DNA of 63,912 bases from Candidatus Poseidoniales archaeon (lineage in GTDB: Archaea; Thermoplasmatota; Poseidoniia; Poseidoniales; Thalassarchaeaceae). The position numbers and the translations under genes are program-made. Location: the NCBI GenBank assembly GCA_012959435.1, contig DUDF01000145.1, forward strand, positions 1 to 63,912, given 5' to 3'. The notes beneath the pieces are model-generated. The model was not told the origin of the DNA. It did no database searches and saw only the letters and a list, made by a program, of their open reading frames with translations. This document shows, piece by piece, positions 17,829-26,689 of the stretch; position 1 is the stretch's first letter, and the number at the start of each line of letters is the position of its first letter.

Positions 17829-19037
17829 TCACTCTCTAGATTTGGGTTCATCTCTTTTTTCTTGGCTTGATAGTTGCTTTTGAGGTGATAAATCAGCAGG
17901 TGGCAATATTGGTATTCCATCAATGTCTGTTGCCGGTGGGGCCTTCGCCAAGTATCGATTTTTCTCATCTTCGCCGCCATCAATTTCAGGGTCTCTAGAT
18001 AATTCTTCAAGCAATAATATTAGATCCGGCTTAGTCTCATGACGCAATAAATCTGAAGCCTGTATCCGCATCTCTGTTTCAGTGAATAAACGAGGCATCA
18101 TCAATATACACGCTCTTCTGATTGCTGGGTCTGTATGGCGAGCACCATCAACACAAAGGCGATTCATTCTGAATCCTGTGATATCCATGGAATTTAGAGC
18201 ACGTAATGCTGGTTTCCTTACTGCTGCACAGGTATCAAACAATGAATTTTCAATGAGTATTTTAGCAATTCTTGGTTGTGCCGCAGCAAGTGTTGGCAAT
18301 GTGCGAGCAGCCTGGGCCCTTACTTTGTCTGAATCATCACCAAGTGCCCACCCAATCAAATCCCAAACCGAGGCTGATTTAGTACGAGAAAGAGGGGGTA
18401 GGATTTTTGCCGCTTCAACCCTTAACTTTTCATCCTCTAGGCGTAGAAGGTCATCTAAATGGAAAACTACCACTTCAGGCCAAACTTTACACATTTCTTT
18501 CAGAGCATTGTAAGCAGATTTACGGCGATTAATATTACTCGATCGTAACTCTTGTGCTAACATTTCTTCAGTTGCCGAAGGGAACACTGGAGCCACTATT
18601 TCAAGACATTTTGATGCTGAGTTTCTCACTAATGGGTCTATATCATCAATTAATTCACGTAGATGTTCGAACAGTTCGTCTGCCTCAACCAAAGCACAAT
18701 AGGGTAGGGAAAAAAGAGCGGAAACCCTGATTTCTGATTTGACATCCGATAGAGCCAATTTCAATTGTTCTTGTACAGCATCTTGGTCACTACGCATCAC
18801 CCTAGGTAAAGCCCTGACACCATCTGCGCGAGAAACAAGTTGTGGCTTTTCCTTCCAACGAATTTCTAAAGCCTGAATAGAGCCATTGCATAATGGTATA
18901 ATGTCGAAATATTTGATTGCATCCCAATACCCTTGGGGCGCCCTATACGCTTCATCAACATGTCCGGGAATCCCCCTTTCACCTATTTGTAGAGGGAGTC
19001 CTGTCTTTGGGTCTCTTGCAATATACTTAACCATCAA
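17829..19037 (-). CDS. HEAT/armadillo-repeat protein
   Basis: Repeated ~30-aa helical units carrying the D..VR signature (DPLVRNSASKCL, DEKLRVEAAKIL, SDKVRAQAARTL, CAAVRKPALRAL, DPAIRRACILMM). Confidence 0.7.
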   Translation of the reverse strand: MMVKYIARDPKTGLPLQIGERGIPGHVDEAYRAPQGYWDAIKYFDIIPLCNGSIQALEIRWKEKPQLVSRADGVRALPRVMRSDQDAVQEQLKLALSDVKSEIRVSALFSLPYCALVEADELFEHLRELIDDIDPLVRNSASKCLEIVAPVFPSATEEMLAQELRSSNINRRKSAYNALKEMCKVWPEVVVFHLDDLLRLEDEKLRVEAAKILPPLSRTKSASVWDLIGWALGDDSDKVRAQAARTLPTLAAAQPRIAKILIENSLFDTCAAVRKPALRALNSMDITGFRMNRLCVDGARHTDPAIRRACILMMPRLFTETEMRIQASDLLRHETKPDLILLLEELSRDPEIDGGEDEKNRYLAKAPPATDIDGIPILPPADLSPQKQLSSQEKRDEPKSRE

Positions 19038-19143
19038 ACAACCCTTACCATCGACCCTATTTTAGGTATTCACCCTCAATACTTGAGGGCTCGCAAAAGT
19101 TCCTCTGTCTTTGTTGTTGTGCTTATGGCGAAACACAGACTTG

Positions 19144-19755
19144 ATGCACTTTGAGTTATCAGCAGTGGTTATGGAGGAGAGGGCGAGGTTCGTGTGGGGT
19201 ACAGATGGCTTATGGCCGGGGCCCATTGAATTTGATGATTCTAGACTTCTAGACTACCCTCTACATATTGAATTTCGAAACCAAAGAGTATCAGGACTAC
19301 CTTTCAGTATACTAAGGGATTTTATTGAAGAAAATGAAGATGTCCAAATTGATGCAGGCGCTACATCTCACAAAGATGTAATGGATTTACTGATGATTGG
19401 ATGTCAACGAACAACCATTGATATCTTTGCTAAAGACAAAGAAATCGCACTCGGTCATGCGGTAACAGAGCGAGTAATGGTGAGGATAAAACTTCCAAGT
19501 GAAGTTTCCCTTACTTACATTACTGACACACTAACACCTCGACTACTAGAAGTAAAACAGTTCGGACCACATTCAGCCGTGTTGATTAGTCAGAGGAAAG
19601 GAGACCTATCTTTTGTAATGGATAGATTGCCTGCCATCCTACGGCAGTCATTCACTTGGTGGCTTGCCCCAGATGAAGGGCATATGGTGTCACTTAGAAG
19701 TGATGACCATATCGCTGGGTGGGTACTTGATGGTGCACGCATACTAGGTGATTAG
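19144..19755 (+). CDS. Hypothetical protein (203 aa)
   Basis: ORF with ATG at 19144. Overlaps the next gene by 8 nt, suggesting an operon. No family recognised. Confidence 0.55.
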   Translation: MHFELSAVVMEERARFVWGTDGLWPGPIEFDDSRLLDYPLHIEFRNQRVSGLPFSILRDFIEENEDVQIDAGATSHKDVMDLLMIGCQRTTIDIFAKDKEIALGHAVTERVMVRIKLPSEVSLTYITDTLTPRLLEVKQFGPHSAVLISQRKGDLSFVMDRLPAILRQSFTWWLAPDEGHMVSLRSDDHIAGWVLDGARILGD

Positions 19756-20368
19756 ATTGAGTCAGGTAAGCGAGGCAGAACATGACATTCGTCGTCTCCT
19801 AGCTATGACTTGGAGAACTTGGGGGAATGAACCTCTTGATGCAAGTTCAATAACTCGGACATGGAGTCTTGACCTTGGTTGGTTAGCGCCAACTGATGCT
19901 GAAATTCTATTGACTAAACTCCTTGCAAAAGGGTGGTTGGTATCCAAAGATGACAGACTTTCAACAAATACTGAACTAGATAATGTATCTGTCCCCCTAG
20001 GATGGTTCCCCCGGACTACAGTCTTAGAGCAACCACCTAATTGCCCCCAAGGAAATGCTGAAATTAAGAATTCAAGTAAATCAGATAACAATATTTCACA
20101 AGAAAAAGACCGAATCTATAAAACTGATAATGAATCAAATACACCAGTGTCAAAATCTATAATTGTAAATACTGGCCAACAATCATTCAATGTCCCGGCA
20201 TTATTACAATTGATCTCAAAAGAATCTAATCTTGCGCGCCAAGAAGTAATGAGAAGGGCGCAACGAAAGCGCAAATCCCTAGGTCACATCACTGCCTGGA
20301 TGGCTTTGATTTTAGTGGCAAGAGAATTACAAGTTGATATTGAGAATCTTATCCCATCAGATGAATGA
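19748..20368 (+). CDS. Archaeal DUF2240-like protein
   Basis: WSLDLGWLAPTDAEILLTKLLAKGWLVSKDDRL...VSVPLGWFP and the C-terminal helix pair ITAWMALILVARELQVDIENL resemble my recollection of DUF2240 proteins. Not verified by any search. Confidence 0.5.
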   Translation: MIRLSQVSEAEHDIRRLLAMTWRTWGNEPLDASSITRTWSLDLGWLAPTDAEILLTKLLAKGWLVSKDDRLSTNTELDNVSVPLGWFPRTTVLEQPPNCPQGNAEIKNSSKSDNNISQEKDRIYKTDNESNTPVSKSIIVNTGQQSFNVPALLQLISKESNLARQEVMRRAQRKRKSLGHITAWMALILVARELQVDIENLIPSDE

Positions 20369-20378
20369 TTGGTTGAAA

Positions 20379-22970
20379 TCAATCTATCTGAGCATTTTCA
20401 TTATCTCTAAGACTATCTGCTGTTAGTAATAGGGGCATCAAACCAAGTGCTAAAATTAGAGAAAATAATACAGTTAGAGAAGTGACTACCCCGAAATCCT
20501 GAACAACTGGCATCGGCGATAGTCTGAGAACCAAGAATCCACAAATAGAGGTCCCTGCTGAAAGAAGCAGTGCTACTCCGGTAGTGGCGTGCATCTCCTT
20601 AACCGCCTCCCATGGCTCCAACTTCTCTTTCAAATCCTCATACTTTCGCCACACGTGGATTGAATAATCAATACCTAAACCAATCGTAAGAGCTGTGACC
20701 ATCACAGTTAATACATTCCAGTTGAGATTCAACAATGCCATTGCTCCAACAACCCAAATTGCGGCAATTGCCACAGGAGTAACTACAATTATTGAAAGTC
20801 CGATGCGGCGGGTTAATGCAAATAGAACAATAGTTGACACAATTAGGCTGATGACTGTTGATTCTAGTTGAGAAGTAGTTAATCCTTCTAAGACTAGATT
20901 GAGCCTCACTGGGTCACCGCTAACGAACATCGCTGCCTGAATCCCATATTTACCACTAGATTGCGAAATTACTGTTTCCAAACCTTCAACCGCTTCAATC
21001 GATTCACTGTTACTCGAAACTTGGACCATAATTTCAGTCCTCATGAATTGTAAACACCCATTGGCGCACCCACTCTGTGAGTCAAATGACAGGTATGCCA
21101 CATCTCCTACTCGCTCAGACCATGTTGACCCAGATAGCGCATCTCCTACTGACTGATTTTCACTTAATTCAATGAGAGCTTCTACAGCATCGCCTGTATT
21201 GTAATCATTTCCAACTAAGTCATCCCCAATAACTCTCAATCCATGACGAACCCCAAATTCAGTATCACCCTCAATTGCGTCTTGCAACACTGTGTGTATT
21301 GACTCAATCATCGGCTCGCCATCGCCGACAGCACGTGGTATTACGACACGCGGCGCTAATTCTAGACGGTGATTCATTATCTTACTAGCTTCAATGAATT
21401 CTAAATCGTCAACAATCGCTACTTGGCCAGGCAGTGGCTCTGATAAGATATAGATTGGCCGCCAACCTGTTGCCTCATATGAGGTGTAGATATCAGCACG
21501 AACTTGCATGACTTCCATATCATCAGCCAAGAAATCTGTGAGGTCAAATTCGGTTTCCAATTTTGCAGCAGCCGCAATAACACTGCCAACAGTCAACATC
21601 ACAACAAAAATTAGGGCAAATGCTTGCGTTCTTCTCTGAGTGATCACAACTTCCCGAGCTTTGACCTTCAACCCATCCCAATGGCTCTTAGGTCGGAATT
21701 TTTGCGCACTTTTCTCCATCAATACGTGCATGGAACCAACAACAATTGTTGAGGTTACAAATGCTGATACTACTCCAAAAGCCAAAGCCAAACCAAAAGA
21801 ACGAACAGGGGGCAAAGGAGACACCACATTTGATAGGAAAGCCGCCACAGTCGTAATGACCGTTAAAGTGAGGGCTAGATACAATTCATTTAGCGCCAGT
21901 GCCCATGCCTCAGGTGTATCAGACCCTTCAGACCGTCGTTTCTCATAACTCCTCTGAAGGTGTATGGAATAATCAATACCAAGTCCCAATACAACAGGTG
22001 CTACTGCGACATGTAACACCGAAAAGGTCGGAGTTATCGCTGCCAATGCACCGTAAGTCCAAACAATTGCCATTGAGAGGGCTGCTAGCGGAAAAATAAC
22101 CCCTCTTACTGAACGGAATGCAAAAGATAAGATTATCACCACTACGAGCAGTGCTCCAGCAATCAACCAAACTAGATTGTCTATTGTGCCTTCATTAATA
22201 TCATGACTTAGTACATCATCTGAAATCAAACCATAAGTTAGGTTCCCTTGTTCACCTAATGTATCAAATTGCAGACTTAAAAGATGGACCATATTTTGAC
22301 GCGCCTCGTCATCAAGGTCTGGTCTGATGTAAAGTACCCACAGGTTACTTGAAGCATAAGGTGTAGCATCTCCAGTTGTTCTATTTGAGTCAAGCCACAT
22401 ACAAGTTGTAGACTCGAATTGCAGATCTTTGTTTAGTAATGCATCCCTGCCAAAACTCGCTAGCATGATTAAATCATCATTTGTGGCACCATCAGCGCAT
22501 GTTTGCCCTTCGTCCAAAGTATCGTTAAGCAATTGTTCCCAAGAGGTTGCTTCACTCAATTTCGCGCCCGGTGACGTTTCATCGAGCCCCCTCTGAATGA
22601 TATCCGGGATTGCAATATATTCTGAAATAACTGGGCCATGGGATTCTGACCATGCTAATACATCATCCAAATCAGATTGTTGCTGCATAAGTGAATCAAT
22701 CGATAGGACATTGCCGCCACCATTAACTTCAACATGAACAAAAAGAGGAATGCGCTCCTTTCCGAACGCTTCTTCAATCATTTTTTCAGATGTATCATTT
22801 GGACCATCGGGGGCAAATGCTTCTAAATCAGTATGAAATGCAGGTAAAGGAAAAAGAAACAACCCGAAAATAAGAGTAATTACCACGGCCGTAAAAAGAA
22901 GTCCGAGCGAGCCTTTTTCAAACACTGAAATCAGGCGTGATGTACGGTCATCCGAAACACCCTCTTTCAT
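20379..22970 (-). CDS. MMPL/RND-superfamily transporter (two 6-TM bundles, two large extracytoplasmic domains)
   Basis: Duplicated signature GLGIDYSIH (twice) in the TM bundles. About 860 aa. Start chosen at MKEGVSDD (22970). Confidence 0.85.
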   Translation of the reverse strand: MKEGVSDDRTSRLISVFEKGSLGLLFTAVVITLIFGLFLFPLPAFHTDLEAFAPDGPNDTSEKMIEEAFGKERIPLFVHVEVNGGGNVLSIDSLMQQQSDLDDVLAWSESHGPVISEYIAIPDIIQRGLDETSPGAKLSEATSWEQLLNDTLDEGQTCADGATNDDLIMLASFGRDALLNKDLQFESTTCMWLDSNRTTGDATPYASSNLWVLYIRPDLDDEARQNMVHLLSLQFDTLGEQGNLTYGLISDDVLSHDINEGTIDNLVWLIAGALLVVVIILSFAFRSVRGVIFPLAALSMAIVWTYGALAAITPTFSVLHVAVAPVVLGLGIDYSIHLQRSYEKRRSEGSDTPEAWALALNELYLALTLTVITTVAAFLSNVVSPLPPVRSFGLALAFGVVSAFVTSTIVVGSMHVLMEKSAQKFRPKSHWDGLKVKAREVVITQRRTQAFALIFVVMLTVGSVIAAAAKLETEFDLTDFLADDMEVMQVRADIYTSYEATGWRPIYILSEPLPGQVAIVDDLEFIEASKIMNHRLELAPRVVIPRAVGDGEPMIESIHTVLQDAIEGDTEFGVRHGLRVIGDDLVGNDYNTGDAVEALIELSENQSVGDALSGSTWSERVGDVAYLSFDSQSGCANGCLQFMRTEIMVQVSSNSESIEAVEGLETVISQSSGKYGIQAAMFVSGDPVRLNLVLEGLTTSQLESTVISLIVSTIVLFALTRRIGLSIIVVTPVAIAAIWVVGAMALLNLNWNVLTVMVTALTIGLGIDYSIHVWRKYEDLKEKLEPWEAVKEMHATTGVALLLSAGTSICGFLVLRLSPMPVVQDFGVVTSLTVLFSLILALGLMPLLLTADSLRDNENAQID

Positions 22971-23051
22971 ACCCCGCCCACCCGCCACCCATTGATAAGT
23001 AAGAAGGCCGACGGGGGCGTTACAACTGCTATTCTTTTCCAAAGGTTCAAA

Positions 23052-23342
23052 ATGGGGTCGCAAGTCGCCAAAACGATAGACATGGCAATCAAGGTACTAC
23101 TCAACGAGGGAAACGAGCTGCGAATTCGGTTAATTGGTGAAAGCCATACCGCATTACAACTGTTCAGAACACGACTAAACGACAACAAGGATGTTGAATA
23201 CTCAAATTACTTCACTGGCCATCCTGGCCTTGACGAACCGGAACTCTACCTAAGAGTCAAGAAAGGTAAGAATGCAACAAAAATTCTCAAGTCCATTAGT
23301 ACTGACTTAGTATCTGAATTCTCTACGATAAAACTCTCTTGA
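23052..23342 (+). CDS. rpoL: DNA-directed RNA polymerase subunit L (Rpo11)
   Basis: NELRIRLIGESHTALQLFRTRLNDNKDVEYSNYFTGHPGLDEPELYLRVK matches the RpoL/Rpb11 pattern (EDHTLGN..R..L......V.fa.Y...HP). Start at ATG 23052 or 23082. Confidence 0.75.
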   Translation: MGSQVAKTIDMAIKVLLNEGNELRIRLIGESHTALQLFRTRLNDNKDVEYSNYFTGHPGLDEPELYLRVKKGKNATKILKSISTDLVSEFSTIKLS

Positions 23343-23354
23343 GGAGAATTGTGA

Positions 23355-24752
23355 ATGGACTCTGCTGGCATAGCCGCCACTTTAGGGCTTGACCAATGGG
23401 TTTGTGATGGCAGTGGTATTGGCGGTCTCATAAAAGTAAGAGTTGCTGATTTTAGAGTGACTGAAGAAGGAGCCATCCCGGCCCTAGACCCTAAAGGTCG
23501 TTTTACCGTTGCACGTGTCACTTTAGACAACTGGGAAACAAACCGTTTTGTTAACCGTCTAGCAAAACATTTGAAAATGTCTCGTAAGAGGATTTGGTTT
23601 TCTGGAACAAAGGATAAACGGGCCGTTACCACACAACTTTTTGTTATTGATGCTCCAACAAGAAAAGTTTCTGAAGTCGATATAACTGATGTGCAAATTG
23701 AAGTTTTAGGGCGCACACATCAAAAGTTGGCAATGGGCGCCCATACAAGCAACAGATTCAGTATCACAGTACGAGGGTGCGCAGATGAAGATGGGAAACC
23801 GTTAGATGAAGAAGCTGTAATTCAAGAAGTTGAAAAAATCCACGCTGCACTTGTAGAGAAGTTAGGCGAGGGTTTCTTTCCAAATTGGGTAGGGCCTCAG
23901 AGGTTTGGCTCAACTCGTCCTGTGACGCCAGTAGTTGGTAGACACGTTGTCAAAGGTGAATGGGAAGATGCTGTAAACGCATATCTCGGCATGGAAGGGC
24001 TAAACGAGCGAGTTGAAGTTGCTGAATTCAGGAGTCATTGGCGGGAAAACCATGATGTTGAGGCTGCAATAGAAATGATACCTAAACAATTAGGATACGA
24101 AAGAGATATACTATATTCATTGAAAAATAAACCAGATAACTGGATTCAAGCATTTAGAAAATTACCAAATAATCTGCAATTGATGACCATACATTCCCTT
24201 CAATCTCTGGCATTCAACCATTTATTGGGTGAACGAATTCGTTCGGGTATCTCAATTTCAAAGCCAGTCGTTGGCGATGTAGTTGGGCCAATTGACGGTT
24301 CGTCTAAAATTGATACTGGCAAATTAGCAACTGTCACAGAACCTTTAATGGAGAGAATTACTAGAAATTGTTTGATGGGGAGACTGGCAGTTTGTGGGAC
24401 TCTACTTGGAACAGAATCTTCCAATTCAAGCGGTGAAATTGCTAAATTGGAAAAGAAAATTATGAAACAATTAGAATTAGAATCTGTGACTTGGGTCATA
24501 GACAAAATCCCTCGCTTGACTACGCGTGGTACAAAACGCCCTCTAACTGGGAGTTACTCGGATTTGACATATCAGATTCAAACTGTTGTAGACTTGTCCG
24601 AAAATAGTAGTCGGTGGAAGGATGGCCCGGGGGAAAATGATCGCTGGCATGAAGATGGGGCTTGTATCAATTTCAAATTTAGTTTGCCACCAGGCACCTA
24701 TGCCACAACCTTGTTGCGAGAGTTCACTAGAGCACCCATACATCAATCGTGA
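23355..24752 (+). CDS. truD: tRNA pseudouridine synthase TruD/Pus7 family
   Basis: Catalytic motif SGTKDKRAVTTQ. PQRFG and the insertion-domain layout are typical of TruD. 465 aa. Confidence 0.85.
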   Translation: MDSAGIAATLGLDQWVCDGSGIGGLIKVRVADFRVTEEGAIPALDPKGRFTVARVTLDNWETNRFVNRLAKHLKMSRKRIWFSGTKDKRAVTTQLFVIDAPTRKVSEVDITDVQIEVLGRTHQKLAMGAHTSNRFSITVRGCADEDGKPLDEEAVIQEVEKIHAALVEKLGEGFFPNWVGPQRFGSTRPVTPVVGRHVVKGEWEDAVNAYLGMEGLNERVEVAEFRSHWRENHDVEAAIEMIPKQLGYERDILYSLKNKPDNWIQAFRKLPNNLQLMTIHSLQSLAFNHLLGERIRSGISISKPVVGDVVGPIDGSSKIDTGKLATVTEPLMERITRNCLMGRLAVCGTLLGTESSNSSGEIAKLEKKIMKQLELESVTWVIDKIPRLTTRGTKRPLTGSYSDLTYQIQTVVDLSENSSRWKDGPGENDRWHEDGACINFKFSLPPGTYATTLLREFTRAPIHQS

Positions 24753-24824
24753 ATTCAATTATAGAATCATTAATGACAAAATTGGTTGTTCGGTAAAAAG
24801 CCAAAAACCAAATTTTGAATTGAA

Positions 24825-25097
24825 TCACATTAAGCGACCAATTTCTAGAACTTCGATTTCACCCACACCAGTTATTGCACGGATTGCATCCTCAAAGTTG
24901 TCAACTGTTCCGTCACCTTCTTGAATGACGCAATATGCTTCAACGAACCTCATACCAAATGCTAACGGTTTAGTCTCAACTGACTGTACTACGCCGACAT
25001 CGTTTTCCATCTTTGAAAGATCTGCAGCAATTTCATCTGCACCTACTTCAGCATTCGGATGGACCATTATCTTGTATCTAATCGCAACTTCACCCAT
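24825..25097 (-). CDS. Elongation factor 1-beta (aEF-1beta)
   Basis: 90 aa. MGEVAIRYKIMVHPNAEVG...ETKPLAFGMRFVEAYCVIQEGDG...GVGEIEVLEIGRL fits the archaeal EF-1beta pattern. Confidence 0.85.
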   Translation of the reverse strand: MGEVAIRYKIMVHPNAEVGADEIAADLSKMENDVGVVQSVETKPLAFGMRFVEAYCVIQEGDGTVDNFEDAIRAITGVGEIEVLEIGRLM

Positions 25098-25107
25098 TCA
25101 AATCACC

Positions 25108-25275
25108 TCAAGGTCCTTGGAATCCACAAGAAACGCAGATGTAAGGTACGCCTTGATTTCGACATTGTGCTGAACGCCCAACTGGAGTATTGCATTTTGG
25201 ACAAGGGAATGATGTGGAATCCCGCTCAACTAGAGGCTTACCTGAAGCATTGCAGATGGTTGCTGTCTTTACCAC
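25108..25275 (-). CDS. Small zinc-ribbon protein (about 55 aa; DUF1610-like) immediately upstream of aEF-1beta
   Basis: Hand translation: (GTG)VKTATICNASGKPLVERDSTSFPCPKCNTPVGRSAQCRNQGVPYICVSCGFQGP*. Four Cys pairs. The stop lies 10 nt before the EF-1beta start. Below the ORF-track length cut-off. Confidence 0.6.
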   Translation of the reverse strand: MVKTATICNASGKPLVERDSTSFPCPKCNTPVGRSAQCRNQGVPYICVSCGFQGP

Positions 25276-25356
25276 TATCAATCACCGAATGAGCCGCCGA
25301 ACGGCCACCCCCTTTTGATGGTTGCCCATAGGCTCGAATATTACTCAGTCAAGAGT

Positions 25357-25770
25357 TCAAGCCTGAATCACTGACAACTTCCCTGTTCGACCTGAACTTA
25401 CAACTAATTCACCATGTGAGCGGCGGCACCATCCGTTAGAAATTCTGATGACGTCTCCGGTTCTTACTTTGTCGACTTGGTCACCCCATAGCACCAATCC
25501 AACAACCCCTGTTTCATCTCTTCCACAAGCAGCTGCAACTGGGCCACGATAATTTGCTGAATGAATTTGGCGACGTGGATATCTTCGTAATACTAGGACT
25601 TCCAGTTTTCCTACTTGTTGGCCGGCATTCAATTGATTGACTTTCATCAATTGTTTCTCTACATCAGTTCCTGAATTGTTCTTAACCGAATGGAGATGGC
25701 GTAATATTGCTGCACGCCTTGCACTTCTTCTTTCATCATCGTTCACTTTTTGGCTCATTGTCTGGGTCAT
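25357..25770 (-). CDS. OB-fold nucleic-acid-binding protein (SSB/RPA-like single OB domain)
   Basis: GKLEVLVLRRYP...RDETGVVGLVLWGDQVDKVRTGDVIRISNGWCRRSHGELVVSSGRTGKLSVI is a typical OB-fold anticodon/ssDNA-binding pattern. Confidence 0.6.
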   Translation of the reverse strand: MTQTMSQKVNDDERRSARRAAILRHLHSVKNNSGTDVEKQLMKVNQLNAGQQVGKLEVLVLRRYPRRQIHSANYRGPVAAACGRDETGVVGLVLWGDQVDKVRTGDVIRISNGWCRRSHGELVVSSGRTGKLSVIQA

Positions 25771-25819
25771 AATACCATCAAACACCTTGCGGTAGTATAG
25801 AGTTACGGAGAGAGGTGAC

Positions 25820-25865
25820 TGAAAGTGAAACGGCGGGGGCTATGCCCCCACTAATTGAAAGTGAA
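25820..25865 (-). promoter_or_regulatory. Pair of exact TTCACTTTCA boxes (36-bp spacing) upstream of the OB-fold gene, flanking a GC hairpin
   Basis: Plus strand shows tgaaagtgaa at 25820-25829 and 25856-25865. gggggc-tat-gccccc lies between them. Confidence 0.5.
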
Positions 25866-25892
25866 AATTTTCAAATTCCAATGCGTTAATGA

Positions 25893-26639
25893 TTATTTAG
25901 CCCGATGAACTGAAAATCCAATGGGGCCAGAATCATTTACTTCTTCATCTTCTGAGTTAATGATAAAGCCTTGATCGGCCAATTCCTTCTCCACAGCCAT
26001 CCTTATTGATATTTCGTCGCCATCAATTTTATTGGCGGGCAACCGATTTTTACAAACAAGGTAGACTTCAGAAGATGAATTTCTGCTAGCAACAGGTGAA
26101 AATCTCTGGACTTTTGAAAAACGGATTTTAGCAGCCCTCACAATAGCCTCAATCCCTCGACCCTGAAACACCTTCGTAATGAATGAACCACCATCATTTA
26201 ACAAAGGGATTGCAAAATCCATTACCATGCAAACCAAATCAACTGAAATCGCTTGGTCCATTTCGTATTGCCCTGTTAATCTAGGTGAAATATCAGAAAC
26301 TATCGCATGTATTGGTTTCCTTTGAAGCATCTCAAGAATCAGTCTTTGAGTACTCTCTTCAGTGATATCTCCAACCATTAATTCCACACCTGGAATCGGC
26401 TCACATGGCCTAAGGTCAATTGCAATCACACGACCGGTTTCACCAGTTAACTCAACAGAGACTTGTGACCAGCCCCCTGGGTGGCATCCAACATCAAGAA
26501 CAGTATCCCCTTCTCTGATTAAATTGAACTTTTCTTGGCACTGCAGTAATTTGTATGCAGAACGTGAGCGATATCCCGATGACTTCGCCTTTCGGCGCCA
26601 CGGGTCGCGGCGGTGCTCATTGTACCACCTCTTACTCAT
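25893..26639 (-). CDS. rlmE: 23S rRNA (uridine-2'-O)-methyltransferase RlmE/FtsJ
   Basis: YRSRSAYKLLQCQEKFNLIREGDTVLDVGCHPGGWSQV and DISP are typical RlmE SAM-MTase motifs. Start at MSKRWY (26639). Confidence 0.85.
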   Translation of the reverse strand: MSKRWYNEHRRDPWRRKAKSSGYRSRSAYKLLQCQEKFNLIREGDTVLDVGCHPGGWSQVSVELTGETGRVIAIDLRPCEPIPGVELMVGDITEESTQRLILEMLQRKPIHAIVSDISPRLTGQYEMDQAISVDLVCMVMDFAIPLLNDGGSFITKVFQGRGIEAIVRAAKIRFSKVQRFSPVASRNSSSEVYLVCKNRLPANKIDGDEISIRMAVEKELADQGFIINSEDEEVNDSGPIGFSVHRAK

Positions 26640-26689
26640 AGAAACCGCGCCGCCGGCGCGCCTATGTAAAGGAGACCCGTCCGACAACC

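Noticed and set aside
24749-24830. Long-range inverted repeat gtgaattcaatt ... aattgaatcac between truD and aEF-1beta
   Set aside because: It is imperfect, AT-rich, has a ~55-nt loop and lies in a convergent gap. This is too weak to call a terminator or RNA element.
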